From a virus (lineage: Duplodnaviria; Heunggongvirae; Uroviricota; Caudoviricetes), in IMG/VR virus record IMGVR_UViG_2909298281_000006, positions 1-37,935 of that record: DNA of 37,935 bases, one strand, 5' to 3'. The position numbers were made by a program, and so were the translations under genes. The stretch's first letter is position 1; every line of letters starts with the position of its first letter. Below are positions 17,865 to 28,279 of this stretch, in pieces. The notes beneath the pieces are model-generated. The model did not search any database. It was not told where the DNA came from and worked only from the letters and a program-made list of their open reading frames with translations.

Positions 17865-18359
17865 ATGAGTATGGTTGCCAGAACCAACCCCGGACCCGCA
17901 GAGGACGACATCACCGATACCGATGATGGTGATACCCGTATTTCAGCGGGCGCATTCTGGCCGGATATTGTGCTGCGTGAGCTGCGTCTGGCGATACGAC
18001 TGCCGGGCCGTGTGACCACCTCCCGCCTGCTGCATACCGCCACCGGGGCCGTGGCACACGTTACCCGCGAGCTGGAAGCGTGGCAGAAGGAACAGCAGGC
18101 GGCTGGCCATCAGACGCTGGCCGATGTTCCGGCACCCGTAATTAACGGAGAAAGCGTCAATCTCTGGCACTGGCGCAATGCCGTTTATACCGCCACACGC
18201 GCCCTGATTCTGGAGCGTTACCGCGATGCGGACACAACGGATAAGGGCGACCGCCGGGCGGACGCACTGGATATACAGACATCGGATTTGTGGCGCGATG
18301 TGAGCTGGGCCATCTCTGACATTCTGCGCCGCCCGCGAATTTTTGCGGAGCTGTGCTGA
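17865..18359 (+). CDS. L: Head completion/stabilisation protein
   Basis: ATG 17865 after AGGAG (track ORF begins at GTG 17856); size and position of P2 gpL. Confidence 0.8.
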   Translation: MSMVARTNPGPAEDDITDTDDGDTRISAGAFWPDIVLRELRLAIRLPGRVTTSRLLHTATGAVAHVTRELEAWQKEQQAAGHQTLADVPAPVINGESVNLWHWRNAVYTATRALILERYRDADTTDKGDRRADALDIQTSDLWRDVSWAISDILRRPRIFAELC

Positions 18360-18559
18360 TGAAAGTGAAGGCACTGGAAGGCGACACCGTGGATTCGCTC
18401 TGTTTCCGGTACTACGGCACGACGCAGGGCGTCACCGAAAAGGTGCTGGATGCCAACCCCGGACTCTGTCAGCAGGTATTTCTGGACGCCGGGCAGGACG
18501 TGGAGATGCCGGAGCCGGAGAAGAAGAAACGAGAAATGATTCAGTTGTGGGGGGAGTAG
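18359..18559 (+). CDS. X: Tail protein X
   Basis: ATG overlaps the L stop (TGATG); about 66 aa, matching the size and position of P2 gpX. Confidence 0.75.
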   Translation: MKVKALEGDTVDSLCFRYYGTTQGVTEKVLDANPGLCQQVFLDAGQDVEMPEPEKKKREMIQLWGE

Positions 18560-18561
18560 CA

Positions 18562-18885
18562 GTGAGCACCATTCAAACAGGGATCACAGAGCAGGTTATT
18601 GCGTGGCTCTTTGACCACCTGCCAACGGTGTATGCAGTAGGCGCGGCGGTCAGCATTTCCGCGCTGATGAGTCTTTATGACGGACGAACACTGGTTCAGA
18701 CCGTAACGGGATCGCTGGCGTGCGGCGTTCTTGCCATGGCCGTGGCCGGGTCGTTGCGCTTCTTCGGGTTTCCTGAAGATGCCGTGACGTTTATCGGCGC
18801 ATCAATCGGTTTTATGGGCGCAGAGAAAGCACGCGACAAGGTTATTGCGGCCTTTAATCGCAGGGTGAAGGAGAAGGACGAATGA
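18562..18885 (+). CDS. Putative holin
   Basis: GTG start at 18562 after GGGGGGAG; 107 aa with 2-3 hydrophobic helices and a charged C-terminus; first gene of the lysis cassette. Confidence 0.6.
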   Translation: MSTIQTGITEQVIAWLFDHLPTVYAVGAAVSISALMSLYDGRTLVQTVTGSLACGVLAMAVAGSLRFFGFPEDAVTFIGASIGFMGAEKARDKVIAAFNRRVKEKDE

Positions 18886-19274
18886 GCAACACATTTAAAT
18901 TCAGCAGCCGGAGCGAAAAGAATTTGCAGGGCGTAAATCCTGATCTGGTGAAAGTGACCCGACGGGCACTGGAAATCTCGGAAGTGGATTTTGGTATCAC
19001 CGAAGGGTTGCGCAGCCGTTACCGCCAGAAACAACTTGTGGCCACAGGTAAGAGCCAGACCATGAACAGCCGCCACCTTACGGGGCATGCCGTGGATGTT
19101 GTGGCTTATATCGGCAGCCAGGTGTCATGGGAATGGCCGCTGTACGAAAAAATCGCAGCAGCATTCAGACAGGCCAGCCGGGAACTGAATATTCCGGTGG
19201 AATGGGGCGGCGACTGGAAGCCCCTGAAAGACGGACCGCATTTTCAGTTACCACACGGAGCCTATCCGGCATGA
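18882..19274 (+). CDS. Endolysin, zinc peptidase M15-type (L-Ala-D-Glu peptidase-like)
   Basis: 130 aa; SRHLTGHAVDV resembles the H-x6-D zinc-binding motif of M15/VanY-type phage endolysins. Confidence 0.7.
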   Translation: MSNTFKFSSRSEKNLQGVNPDLVKVTRRALEISEVDFGITEGLRSRYRQKQLVATGKSQTMNSRHLTGHAVDVVAYIGSQVSWEWPLYEKIAAAFRQASRELNIPVEWGGDWKPLKDGPHFQLPHGAYPA

Positions 19275-19678
19275 AGCTCTGGCCCACGCTGGGCGTCGCT
19301 TTCCTTCTGATTGCCGCATGGGGAACATCCATGCGTCTGTCGTGGTCGCTGGGCTGGGAGAACGCCAGAAACGAAGCGCAGGCCAGCGCTCTGAAAAGTA
19401 CCGTCGACACCCTGAATATCATCAGCGCCGGGGTACAGGATATGCAGCAGGTGCTGGCACAGCTCCGCGCGGAAAATCAGCAACGCAATCAGGACGGAGA
19501 GGCCAGACGTGAACAGCTACGCAACGATATTGCAAAAGATGAATGCGCCCACGCTTTGCCTGACGCTCGTTTTACTGACAGGTTGCGCAGGCACGCAGAA
19601 CGCGCCACGGCCAGCGCCGTCAGTCCGGCTTATACCGCAGACGCTGACCATACCGGTAACGCCTCCCCCCTTCCCTGA
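19271..19678 (+). CDS. lysB: i-spanin (Rz / LysB-like)
   Basis: ATG overlaps the endolysin stop; N-terminal TM MKLWPTLGVAFLLIAAW followed by a coiled-coil-like region. Confidence 0.65.
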   Translation: MKLWPTLGVAFLLIAAWGTSMRLSWSLGWENARNEAQASALKSTVDTLNIISAGVQDMQQVLAQLRAENQQRNQDGEARREQLRNDIAKDECAHALPDARFTDRLRRHAERATASAVSPAYTADADHTGNASPLP

Positions 19679-19829
19679 CACTCCCACATGGGGAAATCTC
19701 GGTATATGGGGCGACCGCCTTCTGGATGCACTGGAAACCTGTAACGCGGATAAACGGGCCATTGAATTACTGGAACAGCGCAGGCTGCAAAGACTGAACA
19801 ACGAGGACAACAACCATGCTGAAAACTGA
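19539..19829 (+). CDS. lysC: o-spanin lipoprotein (Rz1 / LysC-like), overlapping lysB out of frame
   Basis: MNAPTLCLTLVLLTGCAG lipobox followed by a Pro-rich segment; begins inside lysB in another frame. Confidence 0.6.
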   Translation: MNAPTLCLTLVLLTGCAGTQNAPRPAPSVRLIPQTLTIPVTPPPFPDTPTWGNLGIWGDRLLDALETCNADKRAIELLEQRRLQRLNNEDNNHAEN

Positions 19830-20283
19830 TTCCCTGCGTGAAGCCATGACCCGTTCATGCCGATGGTGTCAGGCTAACCCGGAAAAATTCACCATTTTCG
19901 TGGAGAGCGGCAACATTGAAACGACAGGAGAAACCCCATCGTTTGTTTACCGCTATCAGATGGTGATGTTTGTCATGGATTACGCCGGGGAGCTGGACGA
20001 CCTCACGCTGCCGCTGCTGGCGTGGTTATCAGAAAATCAGCCACAGTTGTTGCTCAATCCGGAGCGTAATCAGGACATCAAATTCTCCGCCGTTATCAAT
20101 GACGATGACAGCGCCGATCTCCTGTTTACGCTCCCTCTGCGGGAACGCGTTCGCATCACGCGCAGCAGTCAGGGCACGCCGCAGGCAGAACACCTGCCGG
20201 AGCCAAAACCCCGCCTGCCATCTTCCGAAGGCGACTGGTCGCATGTATTCCAGGATGTGACGTGGGGTGAAAGCGATGGATAA
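19816..20283 (+). CDS. R: Tail completion protein R
   Basis: 155 aa; size and position of P2 gpR. Confidence 0.8.
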   Translation: MLKTDSLREAMTRSCRWCQANPEKFTIFVESGNIETTGETPSFVYRYQMVMFVMDYAGELDDLTLPLLAWLSENQPQLLLNPERNQDIKFSAVINDDDSADLLFTLPLRERVRITRSSQGTPQAEHLPEPKPRLPSSEGDWSHVFQDVTWGESDG

Positions 20284-20911
20284 GGCATTCACCCGCGTGG
20301 ATGAAACCTTTGAGGCCATCCGCGACAGCCTGAATCAGCAGGCCATCAATAACATTGCCAGAAAGCTGGCACAGGATTTACGCCGCGCCCAGCAGGCGCG
20401 CATCCGGTCACAGAAAGCGCCGGACGGGACCGCGTGGACACCACGCAGACGCCGCGTAACCCGGATACAGGAACGCATTCGCTTTATCTGGAATAACGAA
20501 GCACGCACGCTGAAAAACTGGCATCACGACACGGGGAAATACGGGCGAACCATTACCGGGTGGGATGAGGATAAAAATAATATCCGCACGTTTTACCGGG
20601 ATGACATCGACCGTTTTCTGGAAATACGCACCCGGCGCATCAACCAGGACAGCACAAAGCACGTCCCCATGTTCGTAAAACTGCGCACCTCCCGCTACCT
20701 GAAAGCCCGTGCGGATGCTTCCGGTGTGACGGTGGGTTACAGCGGCGTGGCCGCACGTATTGCACGCGTTCATCAGTTCGGTGAGCGCGATCAGGTTGCG
20801 CCGGGCATTTTCACCGATTACCCGGTACGTGAGCTGTTGGGCATCAGTCAGGCAGATGAACGCCTGATTTATAACACGGTGCTGGGCCGGATTGCGGAGG
20901 CTGTACGGTGA
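20267..20911 (+). CDS. S: Tail completion / virion morphogenesis protein S
   Basis: 214 aa; follows R with overlap. Confidence 0.75.
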   Translation: MKAMDKAFTRVDETFEAIRDSLNQQAINNIARKLAQDLRRAQQARIRSQKAPDGTAWTPRRRRVTRIQERIRFIWNNEARTLKNWHHDTGKYGRTITGWDEDKNNIRTFYRDDIDRFLEIRTRRINQDSTKHVPMFVKLRTSRYLKARADASGVTVGYSGVAARIARVHQFGERDQVAPGIFTDYPVRELLGISQADERLIYNTVLGRIAEAVR

Positions 20912-21489
20912 GCGCAGAACTCATGCGACTGCTGAGCAATATCATCCGCACCGGGATCATCTCTGAAGTTGATGAGAAGTCCTGGCGCGTGCGCGTTCGC
21001 AGCGGCGAACTGGAAACAGGCTGGCTGCGCTGGAACACCACGCGCGCGGGAGCCTTCAATGTGTGGCTGCCGCCATCACCAGGCGAACAGGTGGTAATTG
21101 CCTGCATTGGCGGCAATCCGGAAACCGCCATGATAATTGGCAGCCTGTGGAGTGATGCCAATCCGGCCCCCGGCAAAAGCCTGAAAGAAATCGTGATCAG
21201 CGCGCCGGACGGCGCGGTGTTCCGCTACGACGCGGACGCAGGCGCACTGAGCGCCAGCGGCATGAAAACAGCCACCCTGCAGGCATCCGTCAGCGTGACA
21301 CTGGATACGCCCGTCGTGGAATGCACAGACCTTCTGAGAACAGCGACGATTGACGTCACAAAAGGAGGAAAGATGAGCGGCAATATCACGCACAGCGGCG
21401 GCGATTTCACCTCAAACGGCATCACAGTGCATACGCATAAACACGGTGGCGTTAAAGGTGGCAGCGATTCGACGGGAGGCCCGCAGTGA
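20908..21489 (+). CDS. V: Baseplate spike protein V
   Basis: 193 aa; position and size of P2 gpV. Confidence 0.85.
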   Translation: MSAELMRLLSNIIRTGIISEVDEKSWRVRVRSGELETGWLRWNTTRAGAFNVWLPPSPGEQVVIACIGGNPETAMIIGSLWSDANPAPGKSLKEIVISAPDGAVFRYDADAGALSASGMKTATLQASVSVTLDTPVVECTDLLRTATIDVTKGGKMSGNITHSGGDFTSNGITVHTHKHGGVKGGSDSTGGPQ

Positions 21490-21836
21490 CAACCCGCTAC
21501 ACAGGAATGAATCCGGACGGAACGGGAAACCTGAACGATATGGAGCACCTGAAACAGTCAGTCAGGGACATCCTGACCACCCCGCTGGCAAGCCGGGTTA
21601 TGCGACGGGAATATGGCAGCCTTGTGCCCGATTTAATTGACGAACCCATGAATAACACCACACGTCTGCAATGCATGAGTGCTGCCGTGATTGCGCTGAC
21701 ACGATGGGAACCCCGCATTGCCCTGGATGCCATCGACGTTGTCTGGAAGGCAGGAGGCCGCGCCAGGGTGACGCTGTCGGGTACTGTCATGCAGACCATG
21801 CAGAATGTTGAATTAACCATCACGCTGAGAGAGTAA
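21486..21836 (+). CDS. W: Baseplate protein W (gp25-like)
   Basis: 116 aa; position between V and J. Confidence 0.85.
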   Translation: MTTRYTGMNPDGTGNLNDMEHLKQSVRDILTTPLASRVMRREYGSLVPDLIDEPMNNTTRLQCMSAAVIALTRWEPRIALDAIDVVWKAGGRARVTLSGTVMQTMQNVELTITLRE

Positions 21837-21839
21837 ATC

Positions 21840-22736
21840 ATGCCCGCCGTTGACCTTTCACAGTTACCGGACCCCGCCATCATCGCGGAGCCTGACTTTG
21901 AGGCAATTCTGGCTGACACAAAGGCCATGATGATTGCGGCTTATCCCGCCGAACAACGTGAAGCCGTCTCCGCCGCGCTGGAGCTGGAATCGGAACCTCT
22001 GAACGTTATCGCCCAGACAACAGCGTTTCGTGAAATGCTGTTACGCCAGCGGGTCAATGAGGGTGCACGCGCCTGCATGTTAAGCCACAGCGCCGGGACA
22101 GACCTGGACAACCTCGCAGGCAATATGAACACAAAGCGCCTGGTTATCACTCCGGCAACGGATACCACCGACGCGGTGATGGAAAGCGACACCTCGCTGA
22201 GACTGCGGGCGCAACGGGCGTACGACGGCCTGAGTGTTGCTGGCCCGTCAGGTGCATACGAGTATTTTGCCCGCAGCGCCAGCGGTCTGGTGCGTGATGC
22301 GCGGGCTATCAGTCCGTCTCCGGCAAATGTGACGGTTTCCATCCTGTCCACTGAAGGCGACGGCACAGCAACGGAGGCGTTGCTTAATACCGTTCGCGCC
22401 GTTCTGAATGCAGAGGATACCCGCCCGGTGGCCGACCGCCTGACCGTACAGAGTGCCAGAATCGTGACATGGCGGCTGAATGCAAAACTGTACTTTTACC
22501 CCGGCCCGGAATCCGAACCTATTCTGGCTGCGGCGGAATCGTCGTTCAGGAAGTGGCTGGCTGACCAGGGGCTTATCGGTCAGGACGTGGCGTTGTCCGC
22601 CATTGCTGCCGCACTGCATGTGCACGGTGTGCAACGCGTGGAGATAACCGAACCCACACAGAATATGGCCATCAGCGACATACAGGCGGCGCGCTGTGAG
22701 TCGTTCACCATCAGCGAAGGTGGGCGCAATGAGTAA
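21840..22736 (+). CDS. J: Baseplate protein J
   Basis: 298 aa; position and size of P2 gpJ. Confidence 0.85.
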   Translation: MPAVDLSQLPDPAIIAEPDFEAILADTKAMMIAAYPAEQREAVSAALELESEPLNVIAQTTAFREMLLRQRVNEGARACMLSHSAGTDLDNLAGNMNTKRLVITPATDTTDAVMESDTSLRLRAQRAYDGLSVAGPSGAYEYFARSASGLVRDARAISPSPANVTVSILSTEGDGTATEALLNTVRAVLNAEDTRPVADRLTVQSARIVTWRLNAKLYFYPGPESEPILAAAESSFRKWLADQGLIGQDVALSAIAAALHVHGVQRVEITEPTQNMAISDIQAARCESFTISEGGRNE

Positions 22737-23259
22737 TTCGCTGTTACCACCATCAGCCAGCAATTTCATGCGTTGCGCCGAAGCTGTCGGAGCGCGCATT
22801 ACAAACATCCCGGTAGACCTCAACACACTGTGGTCACCAGATACCTGCCCGGTGCATCTGCTGCCTTATCTCGCCTGGGCATTTTCCGTTGACCGCTGGG
22901 ATCGCAACTGGCCGGAAGAGACAAAGCGACAGGTTATTCGTGATGCATGGCTGATACACCGACACAAAGGGACCATCAGCGCACTGCGCCGGGCCATTGA
23001 GCCGCTGGGATACCTCATTCGCGTGTCTGAGTGGTGGGAGTTCGGCGGAGAACCGGGAACATTTACCGTTGAAGTCGGCACGCTGGACAGTGGCGTGACG
23101 GAGGAAATGTATCTGGAAATGGAGCGGTTGATTGCTGATGCCCGCCCGGTCAGCCGCCACATGACAGGGCTGAATATCATTCAGGAAATTCCGGGGGATA
23201 TTTTCGCAGCGGCGGCAACTTATGACGGTGAAGTCATTACCATTTATCCGGACGATTAA
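22729..23259 (+). CDS. I: Baseplate/tail protein I
   Basis: ATG 22729 overlaps the J stop (ATGAGTAA); 176 aa. Confidence 0.8.
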   Translation: MSNSLLPPSASNFMRCAEAVGARITNIPVDLNTLWSPDTCPVHLLPYLAWAFSVDRWDRNWPEETKRQVIRDAWLIHRHKGTISALRRAIEPLGYLIRVSEWWEFGGEPGTFTVEVGTLDSGVTEEMYLEMERLIADARPVSRHMTGLNIIQEIPGDIFAAAATYDGEVITIYPDD

Positions 23260-23261
23260 GC

Positions 23262-25811
23262 ATGAGTACCACAACACGTAAATTTAAAACCGTTATCACC
23301 GATACGGGTGCAAAAAAATTAGCTCAGGCAGCCGCGCCAGATGGTAAGCCTGTCCGCCTGACTCATATGGCCGTGGGCGACGGTGGCGGCACGTTGCCCA
23401 CACCAGACAGTAAGCAGACCCGTCTGGTGCATGAGGTGTGGCGACATACTGTTAATCGCGTCATCCTGGACGCAACACATCAGAACCGCATTATTGCGGA
23501 GCTGGTTATTCCTCCTGAAACGGGCGGATTCTGGATCCGGGAAATTGGTGTATTTGATGAGCACGGCGATTTAATCGCGGTGGGCAATACTGCCGAAAGT
23601 TACAAGCCAGCCGTTGCCGAAGGGTCCGGTCGTGCACAAACATTTCGCACCATTCTGACCGTATCCAGCACTGCCACCGTGGCGCTTACCGTGGATAACA
23701 CCATGGTGATGGCCACAGTGGATTACGTGGATGACAAACTGAAAGAGCATGAACAGTCACGACGTCACCCGGACGCCTCGCTGACCGCAAAAGGCTTTGT
23801 TCAACTCAGTAGCGCCACTAACAGCGTGTCTGAAACGCAGGCTGCAACGCCGAAAGCAGTAAAGGCCGCGTATGATCTTGCTAACGGTAAATATACTGCG
23901 CAGGATGCCACCACAGCGCGAAAAGGCCTTGTCCAGCTCAGTAGCGCCACCAACAGCACGTCTGAAACGCTGGCGGCAACGCCAAAGGCAGTAAAATCAG
24001 CCTATGACAATGCAGAGAAACGTCTGCAGAAAGACCAGAACGGCGCTGATATACCCGATAAGGGACGCTTCCTGAACAACATTAACGCGGTCAGTAAAAC
24101 AGACTTTGCTGATAAGCGTGGTATGCGTTATGTGCGGGTTAACGCTCCTGCAGGTGCAACATCTGGAAAATATTACCCTGTTGTTGTTATGCGTTCTGCT
24201 GGCTCAGTAAGCGAACTGGCATCAAGGGTCATTATCACCACGGCAACGCGAACCGCAGGCGATCCGATGAATAACTGCGAGTTTAACGGATTTGTTATGC
24301 CTGGTGGCTGGACTGACAGGGGGCGTTATGCTTATGGAATGTTCTGGCAATATCAAAACAATGAACGAGCCATCCACTCAATAATGATGAGTAATAAGGG
24401 CGATGATTTGCGCTCTGTGTTCTATGTTGATGGCGCTGCTTTCCCTGTTTTTGCGTTTATCGAAGATGGCCTGTCAATATCCGCACCTGGTACTGATCTC
24501 GTTGTTAATGATACGACCTATAAGTTTGGGGCAACAAATCCGGCGACTGAATGTATCGCGGCGGACGTTATCCTTGATTTTAAGAGTGGGCGTGGTTTTT
24601 ATGAGTCTCATTCGTTAATCGTTAACGATAACTTGTCGTGCAAAAAACTTTTTGCCACAGACGAAATTGTAGCGCGTGGTGGTAATCAGATTCGAATGAT
24701 AGGTGGGGAGTATGGGGCATTATGGCGTAATGATGGCGCTAAAACTTACCTGCTGCTTACCAATCAAGGTGATGTTTATGGTGGCTGGAATACATTAAGA
24801 CCGTTTGCTATTGATAACGCAACCGGCGAACTGGTTATTGGAACCAAACTGTCCGCAAGTCTGAACGGTAATGCATTAACAGCAACAAAGCTGCAAACGC
24901 CAAGACGGGTTTCTGGTGTTGAGTTTGATGGTTCCAAAGATATTACTTTAACCGCCGCGCATGTGGCTGCTTTTGCCAGAAGGGCAACGGATACATATGC
25001 CGATGCGGATGGTGGCGTTCCCTGGAATGCCGAATCAGGCGCTTATAATGTCACCCGCTCTGGCGACAGCTATATTCTGGTTAACTTCTATACCGGAGTC
25101 GGAAGTTGCCGGACCTTGCAGATGAAGGCGCATTACAGAAATGGTGGTCTGTTCTACCGTTCTTCAAGAGACGGTTATGGTTTTGAGGAAGACTGGGCAG
25201 AAATTTATACCTCGAAAAGTCTTCCACCGGAAAGCTACCCAGTCGGCGCACCAATCCCGTGGCCATCAGATACCGTTCCGTCTCGTTATGTCCTGATGCA
25301 GGGGCAGACTTTTGACAAATCTGCCTACCCGAAACTTGCAGTGGCTTATCCGTCAGGCGTTATTCCTGATATGCGTGGCTGGACGATTAAGGGCAAGCCC
25401 GCCAGTGGTCGTGCCGTATTGTCTCAGGAACAGGACGGCATTAAATCGCACACCCACAGCGCCAGCGCATCCAGTACTAATTTGGGGACGAAAACCACAT
25501 CGTCGTTTGATTACGGAACTAAATCCACAAATAACACCGGAGCACATACACACAACTTTGCTTACAACAATACTTCAGCATACGCAGAAACTCCCGGTAC
25601 CGGTGGTGGAATGCATGCAAGTAACACAAGCAAGACAGCAAGTAATCGTGTATTAAGCGCAGGAGCTCATGCTCACACAGTAGCAATAGGTGCGCATACA
25701 CATACGCTCGCTATTGGTTCGCATACACACACCATTACCATTGCCGCTTATGGCAACGCGGAAAACACCGTAAAAAACATCGCATTTAACTATATTGTGA
25801 GGCTTGCATAA
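23262..25811 (+). CDS. H: Tail fibre protein H
   Basis: 849 aa; two copies of [24 protein letters not shown]; C-terminal tail-collar-like PDMRG segment and HTH-triplet His-rich tip. Confidence 0.85.
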   Translation: MSTTTRKFKTVITDTGAKKLAQAAAPDGKPVRLTHMAVGDGGGTLPTPDSKQTRLVHEVWRHTVNRVILDATHQNRIIAELVIPPETGGFWIREIGVFDEHGDLIAVGNTAESYKPAVAEGSGRAQTFRTILTVSSTATVALTVDNTMVMATVDYVDDKLKEHEQSRRHPDASLTAKGFVQLSSATNSVSETQAATPKAVKAAYDLANGKYTAQDATTARKGLVQLSSATNSTSETLAATPKAVKSAYDNAEKRLQKDQNGADIPDKGRFLNNINAVSKTDFADKRGMRYVRVNAPAGATSGKYYPVVVMRSAGSVSELASRVIITTATRTAGDPMNNCEFNGFVMPGGWTDRGRYAYGMFWQYQNNERAIHSIMMSNKGDDLRSVFYVDGAAFPVFAFIEDGLSISAPGTDLVVNDTTYKFGATNPATECIAADVILDFKSGRGFYESHSLIVNDNLSCKKLFATDEIVARGGNQIRMIGGEYGALWRNDGAKTYLLLTNQGDVYGGWNTLRPFAIDNATGELVIGTKLSASLNGNALTATKLQTPRRVSGVEFDGSKDITLTAAHVAAFARRATDTYADADGGVPWNAESGAYNVTRSGDSYILVNFYTGVGSCRTLQMKAHYRNGGLFYRSSRDGYGFEEDWAEIYTSKSLPPESYPVGAPIPWPSDTVPSRYVLMQGQTFDKSAYPKLAVAYPSGVIPDMRGWTIKGKPASGRAVLSQEQDGIKSHTHSASASSTNLGTKTTSSFDYGTKSTNNTGAHTHNFAYNNTSAYAETPGTGGGMHASNTSKTASNRVLSAGAHAHTVAIGAHTHTLAIGSHTHTITIAAYGNAENTVKNIAFNYIVRLA
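23793..24007 (+). repeat. Two ~83-bp direct repeats (period 132 bp) inside H encoding the tail-fibre repeat
   Basis: Read directly: 23793-23875 and 23925-24007 are highly similar. Confidence 0.6.
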
Positions 25812-26410
25812 TGGCATTCAGAATGAGTGAACAACCACGAACCATAAAAATTTATAATCTGCTGGCCGGAACCAATGAATTTATTGGTGAAGGTGATACA
25901 TACATTCCACCTCATACAGGTCTACCTGCAAATAGTACTGATATTGCTCCGCCAGATATTCCAGCTGGCTTCGTGGCTATTTTCAACAGTGATGAGGCGT
26001 CCTGGCATCTCGTTGAAGATCATCGTGGTAAAACGGTTTATGACGTGGCTTCCGGCGACGCGTTATTTATTTCTGAACTGGGTCCGTTACCGGAAAATGT
26101 TACCTGGTTGTCGCCGGAAGGGGAATATCAGAAGTGGAACGGCATAGCCTGGGTGAAGGATACGGAAGCAGAAAAACTGTTCCGGAAACGGGAGGCGGAA
26201 GAAACAAAAAACAGCCTCATGCAGGTAGCCAGTGAGCATATTGCGCCGCTTCAGGATGCTGCAGATCTGGAAATTGCAACGGAGGAAGAAATCTCGTTGC
26301 TGGAAGCATGGAAAAAGTATCGGGTATTGCTGAACCGTGTTGATACATCAAGTGCACCGGATATTGAGTGGCCTGCTTCCCCAGTGGAATCAAGGAGTAA
26401 ACAAGCATAA
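25811..26410 (+). CDS. G: Tail fibre assembly chaperone
   Basis: 199 aa immediately after H with ATGA-type overlap; typical tail fibre assembly protein position. Confidence 0.8.
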   Translation: MAFRMSEQPRTIKIYNLLAGTNEFIGEGDTYIPPHTGLPANSTDIAPPDIPAGFVAIFNSDEASWHLVEDHRGKTVYDVASGDALFISELGPLPENVTWLSPEGEYQKWNGIAWVKDTEAEKLFRKREAEETKNSLMQVASEHIAPLQDAADLEIATEEEISLLEAWKKYRVLLNRVDTSSAPDIEWPASPVESRSKQA

Positions 26411-26503
26411 GGCTTTCATTTCAAACCATTGTAGTCCAGTTTTTTGTATAGTACCCTGCTCATTTCGAATGACATGAGTGATTTGGAATTTCAGGGTGCC
26501 ATT

Positions 26504-27682
26504 ATGAATGTTATTTCATCATTAAAACAGCTTAACAGACAGCGAAATATTAAAACAAAAAAGATAAAGACGAAGGCCAGACTGGCATTTCTAAAAATGC
26601 GATACAGAAGGAAAACATCATTACAGCCGGATAGTTATAAAACAGTGTGCATTTTCATGCACATGCAGGCCATTGGTGACGGCATCGTTACCTCAGGGTT
26701 TATTAAACAACTTCAAGAATCCGGCATGGTGGTATATGTGATAGCACCTCCAAGAGTATCATTCCTCTTTACTGATATTGTTGGCGTGGATGCCTTTATT
26801 TCTTACGAGAAAAATAAATTTAACGAACTAAAAGCAAAGATAAAAAAACTGAATGTAGATCTTGTTGTTGACTTCTCAAATTTTGATAACACAGCGATAA
26901 CCAGATTGCAAACACTACATTTACTTAAACCTAAACACTCTATCTGTTTTAATCATCCTGCCGTAACTATTTTTGATACAAATATAATCGATAATCGTTC
27001 CATTCACTCATCTGAAAGAATGAAAAAAGTTTTATCTTTACTAAAGATAAAAAATAATGATTACGCTGCAGCGCTTAATTTTGACAACAAAATATATGAA
27101 CCAGCAAATATTGTTGCAAATGAATTCAGGAAGAAAAACAAAAAATTAGTTATATTTAACCCTTATGGCTCTCAGAATAGCAGAACCTTGTCTGATGAAC
27201 AGATAAACAAAGTACTAGCTTACCTTAACAACCTTAAGGGATATCACACAATAGTTTTTAACATGGGAAAACAGATTAATCACAATGGATTGGATAATGT
27301 GTCTCTATCTCCATTTTCTGATGCAGGATGTTCATTTGCATTGGTTCGCCATGCTGATTTTGTTATAACTGTAGATACTGCTATTGTACATTTAGCCAGT
27401 GCATTAAACATTAGACAATACTGTATATATAATAACAGAATGCATGAAGGAAAATTCGAAAATAATATAGTGTGGGGGCCAAACAGCAAATTAGCGACTC
27501 AACTCACCACATCCGAACATCTAAGGTCTGAAGGGGGCGACGATATGCATAAATTCGACATAATGCTTTTAATTAATGCTATCAAACAAGATTTGACAAA
27601 CGATATACCGAATTACCACTCGGATTTAGGTTGTAAAAATAGCTCCAGAAACCCAGAATTAGAAAGTAGCAAATCTTTATAA
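26504..27682 (+). CDS. Glycosyltransferase family 9-like (heptosyltransferase-like) cargo gene
   Basis: Track ORF starts at TTG 26444; ATG 26504 preferred. AIGDGIVTSGFIKQL and VDTAIVHLASALN resemble GT9 N- and C-terminal motifs (WaaC/WaaF-like D-S-G-x-x-HLAAAL); AT-rich. Confidence 0.65.
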   Translation: MNVISSLKQLNRQRNIKTKKIKTKARLAFLKMRYRRKTSLQPDSYKTVCIFMHMQAIGDGIVTSGFIKQLQESGMVVYVIAPPRVSFLFTDIVGVDAFISYEKNKFNELKAKIKKLNVDLVVDFSNFDNTAITRLQTLHLLKPKHSICFNHPAVTIFDTNIIDNRSIHSSERMKKVLSLLKIKNNDYAAALNFDNKIYEPANIVANEFRKKNKKLVIFNPYGSQNSRTLSDEQINKVLAYLNNLKGYHTIVFNMGKQINHNGLDNVSLSPFSDAGCSFALVRHADFVITVDTAIVHLASALNIRQYCIYNNRMHEGKFENNIVWGPNSKLATQLTTSEHLRSEGGDDMHKFDIMLLINAIKQDLTNDIPNYHSDLGCKNSSRNPELESSKSL

Positions 27683-27735
27683 CGTAGAAACCTCAACTGT
27701 TTTATCAGGACCTACGATATATTATATAACAACAA

Positions 27736-27769
27736 GCCGCCCATTACCCAATATGAGGGTATTGGCGGC
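27736..27769. terminator. Hairpin between convergent GT9 gene and U
   Basis: GCCGCCCATTACCC-AATATGA-GGGTATTGGCGGC imperfect inverted repeat. Confidence 0.4.
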
Positions 27770-27778
27770 AATATAAAA

Positions 27779-28273
27779 TCAGAACAGCCCTTTAACTGAA
27801 CTGGCCGCGCTGTTAAGAGATGATGTCACCTTATCTTTGAAGCCGGACAACATATCGCTGAACGATGAGGATTGCAGGCGCTCCCGCAAATCCTCATCAC
27901 AGCGTTCAAGAGTCAGTGAAAATTCTATCTTTTTCGCCTTACCGTAGCGATCAAACTCGGAACGGGTCGTATTCGTTTCAGTCAGCACATACATGCCGTA
28001 AATCTGCCCGACACCATCAATCAGAGGCCAGGGGCGTCCTGTATACGCCTGCGTGGTCAGCAGCGACAGGGACACTTCGCCACCTGTAATTTCAGGATAA
28101 AGCACACCAGAAAGAACGATGCGATCATCACCTGCACCGATATACTGCCAGCTTGCTGAACGGTTAACGCGTTCATTTTTCACATGCCGCCAGCTTTTGT
28201 TTTGCTGTAACTGTTGATGCGGCAATGTACGCAGCTCAAAAACAAACATGCCATAGATCATCATCATGGCCAT
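27779..28273 (-). CDS. U: Tail protein U
   Basis: 164 aa; similarity to remembered P2 gpU; downstream of T on the same strand. Confidence 0.8.
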   Translation of the reverse strand: MAMMMIYGMFVFELRTLPHQQLQQNKSWRHVKNERVNRSASWQYIGAGDDRIVLSGVLYPEITGGEVSLSLLTTQAYTGRPWPLIDGVGQIYGMYVLTETNTTRSEFDRYGKAKKIEFSLTLERCDEDLRERLQSSSFSDMLSGFKDKVTSSLNSAASSVKGLF

Positions 28274-28279
28274 GACTCC

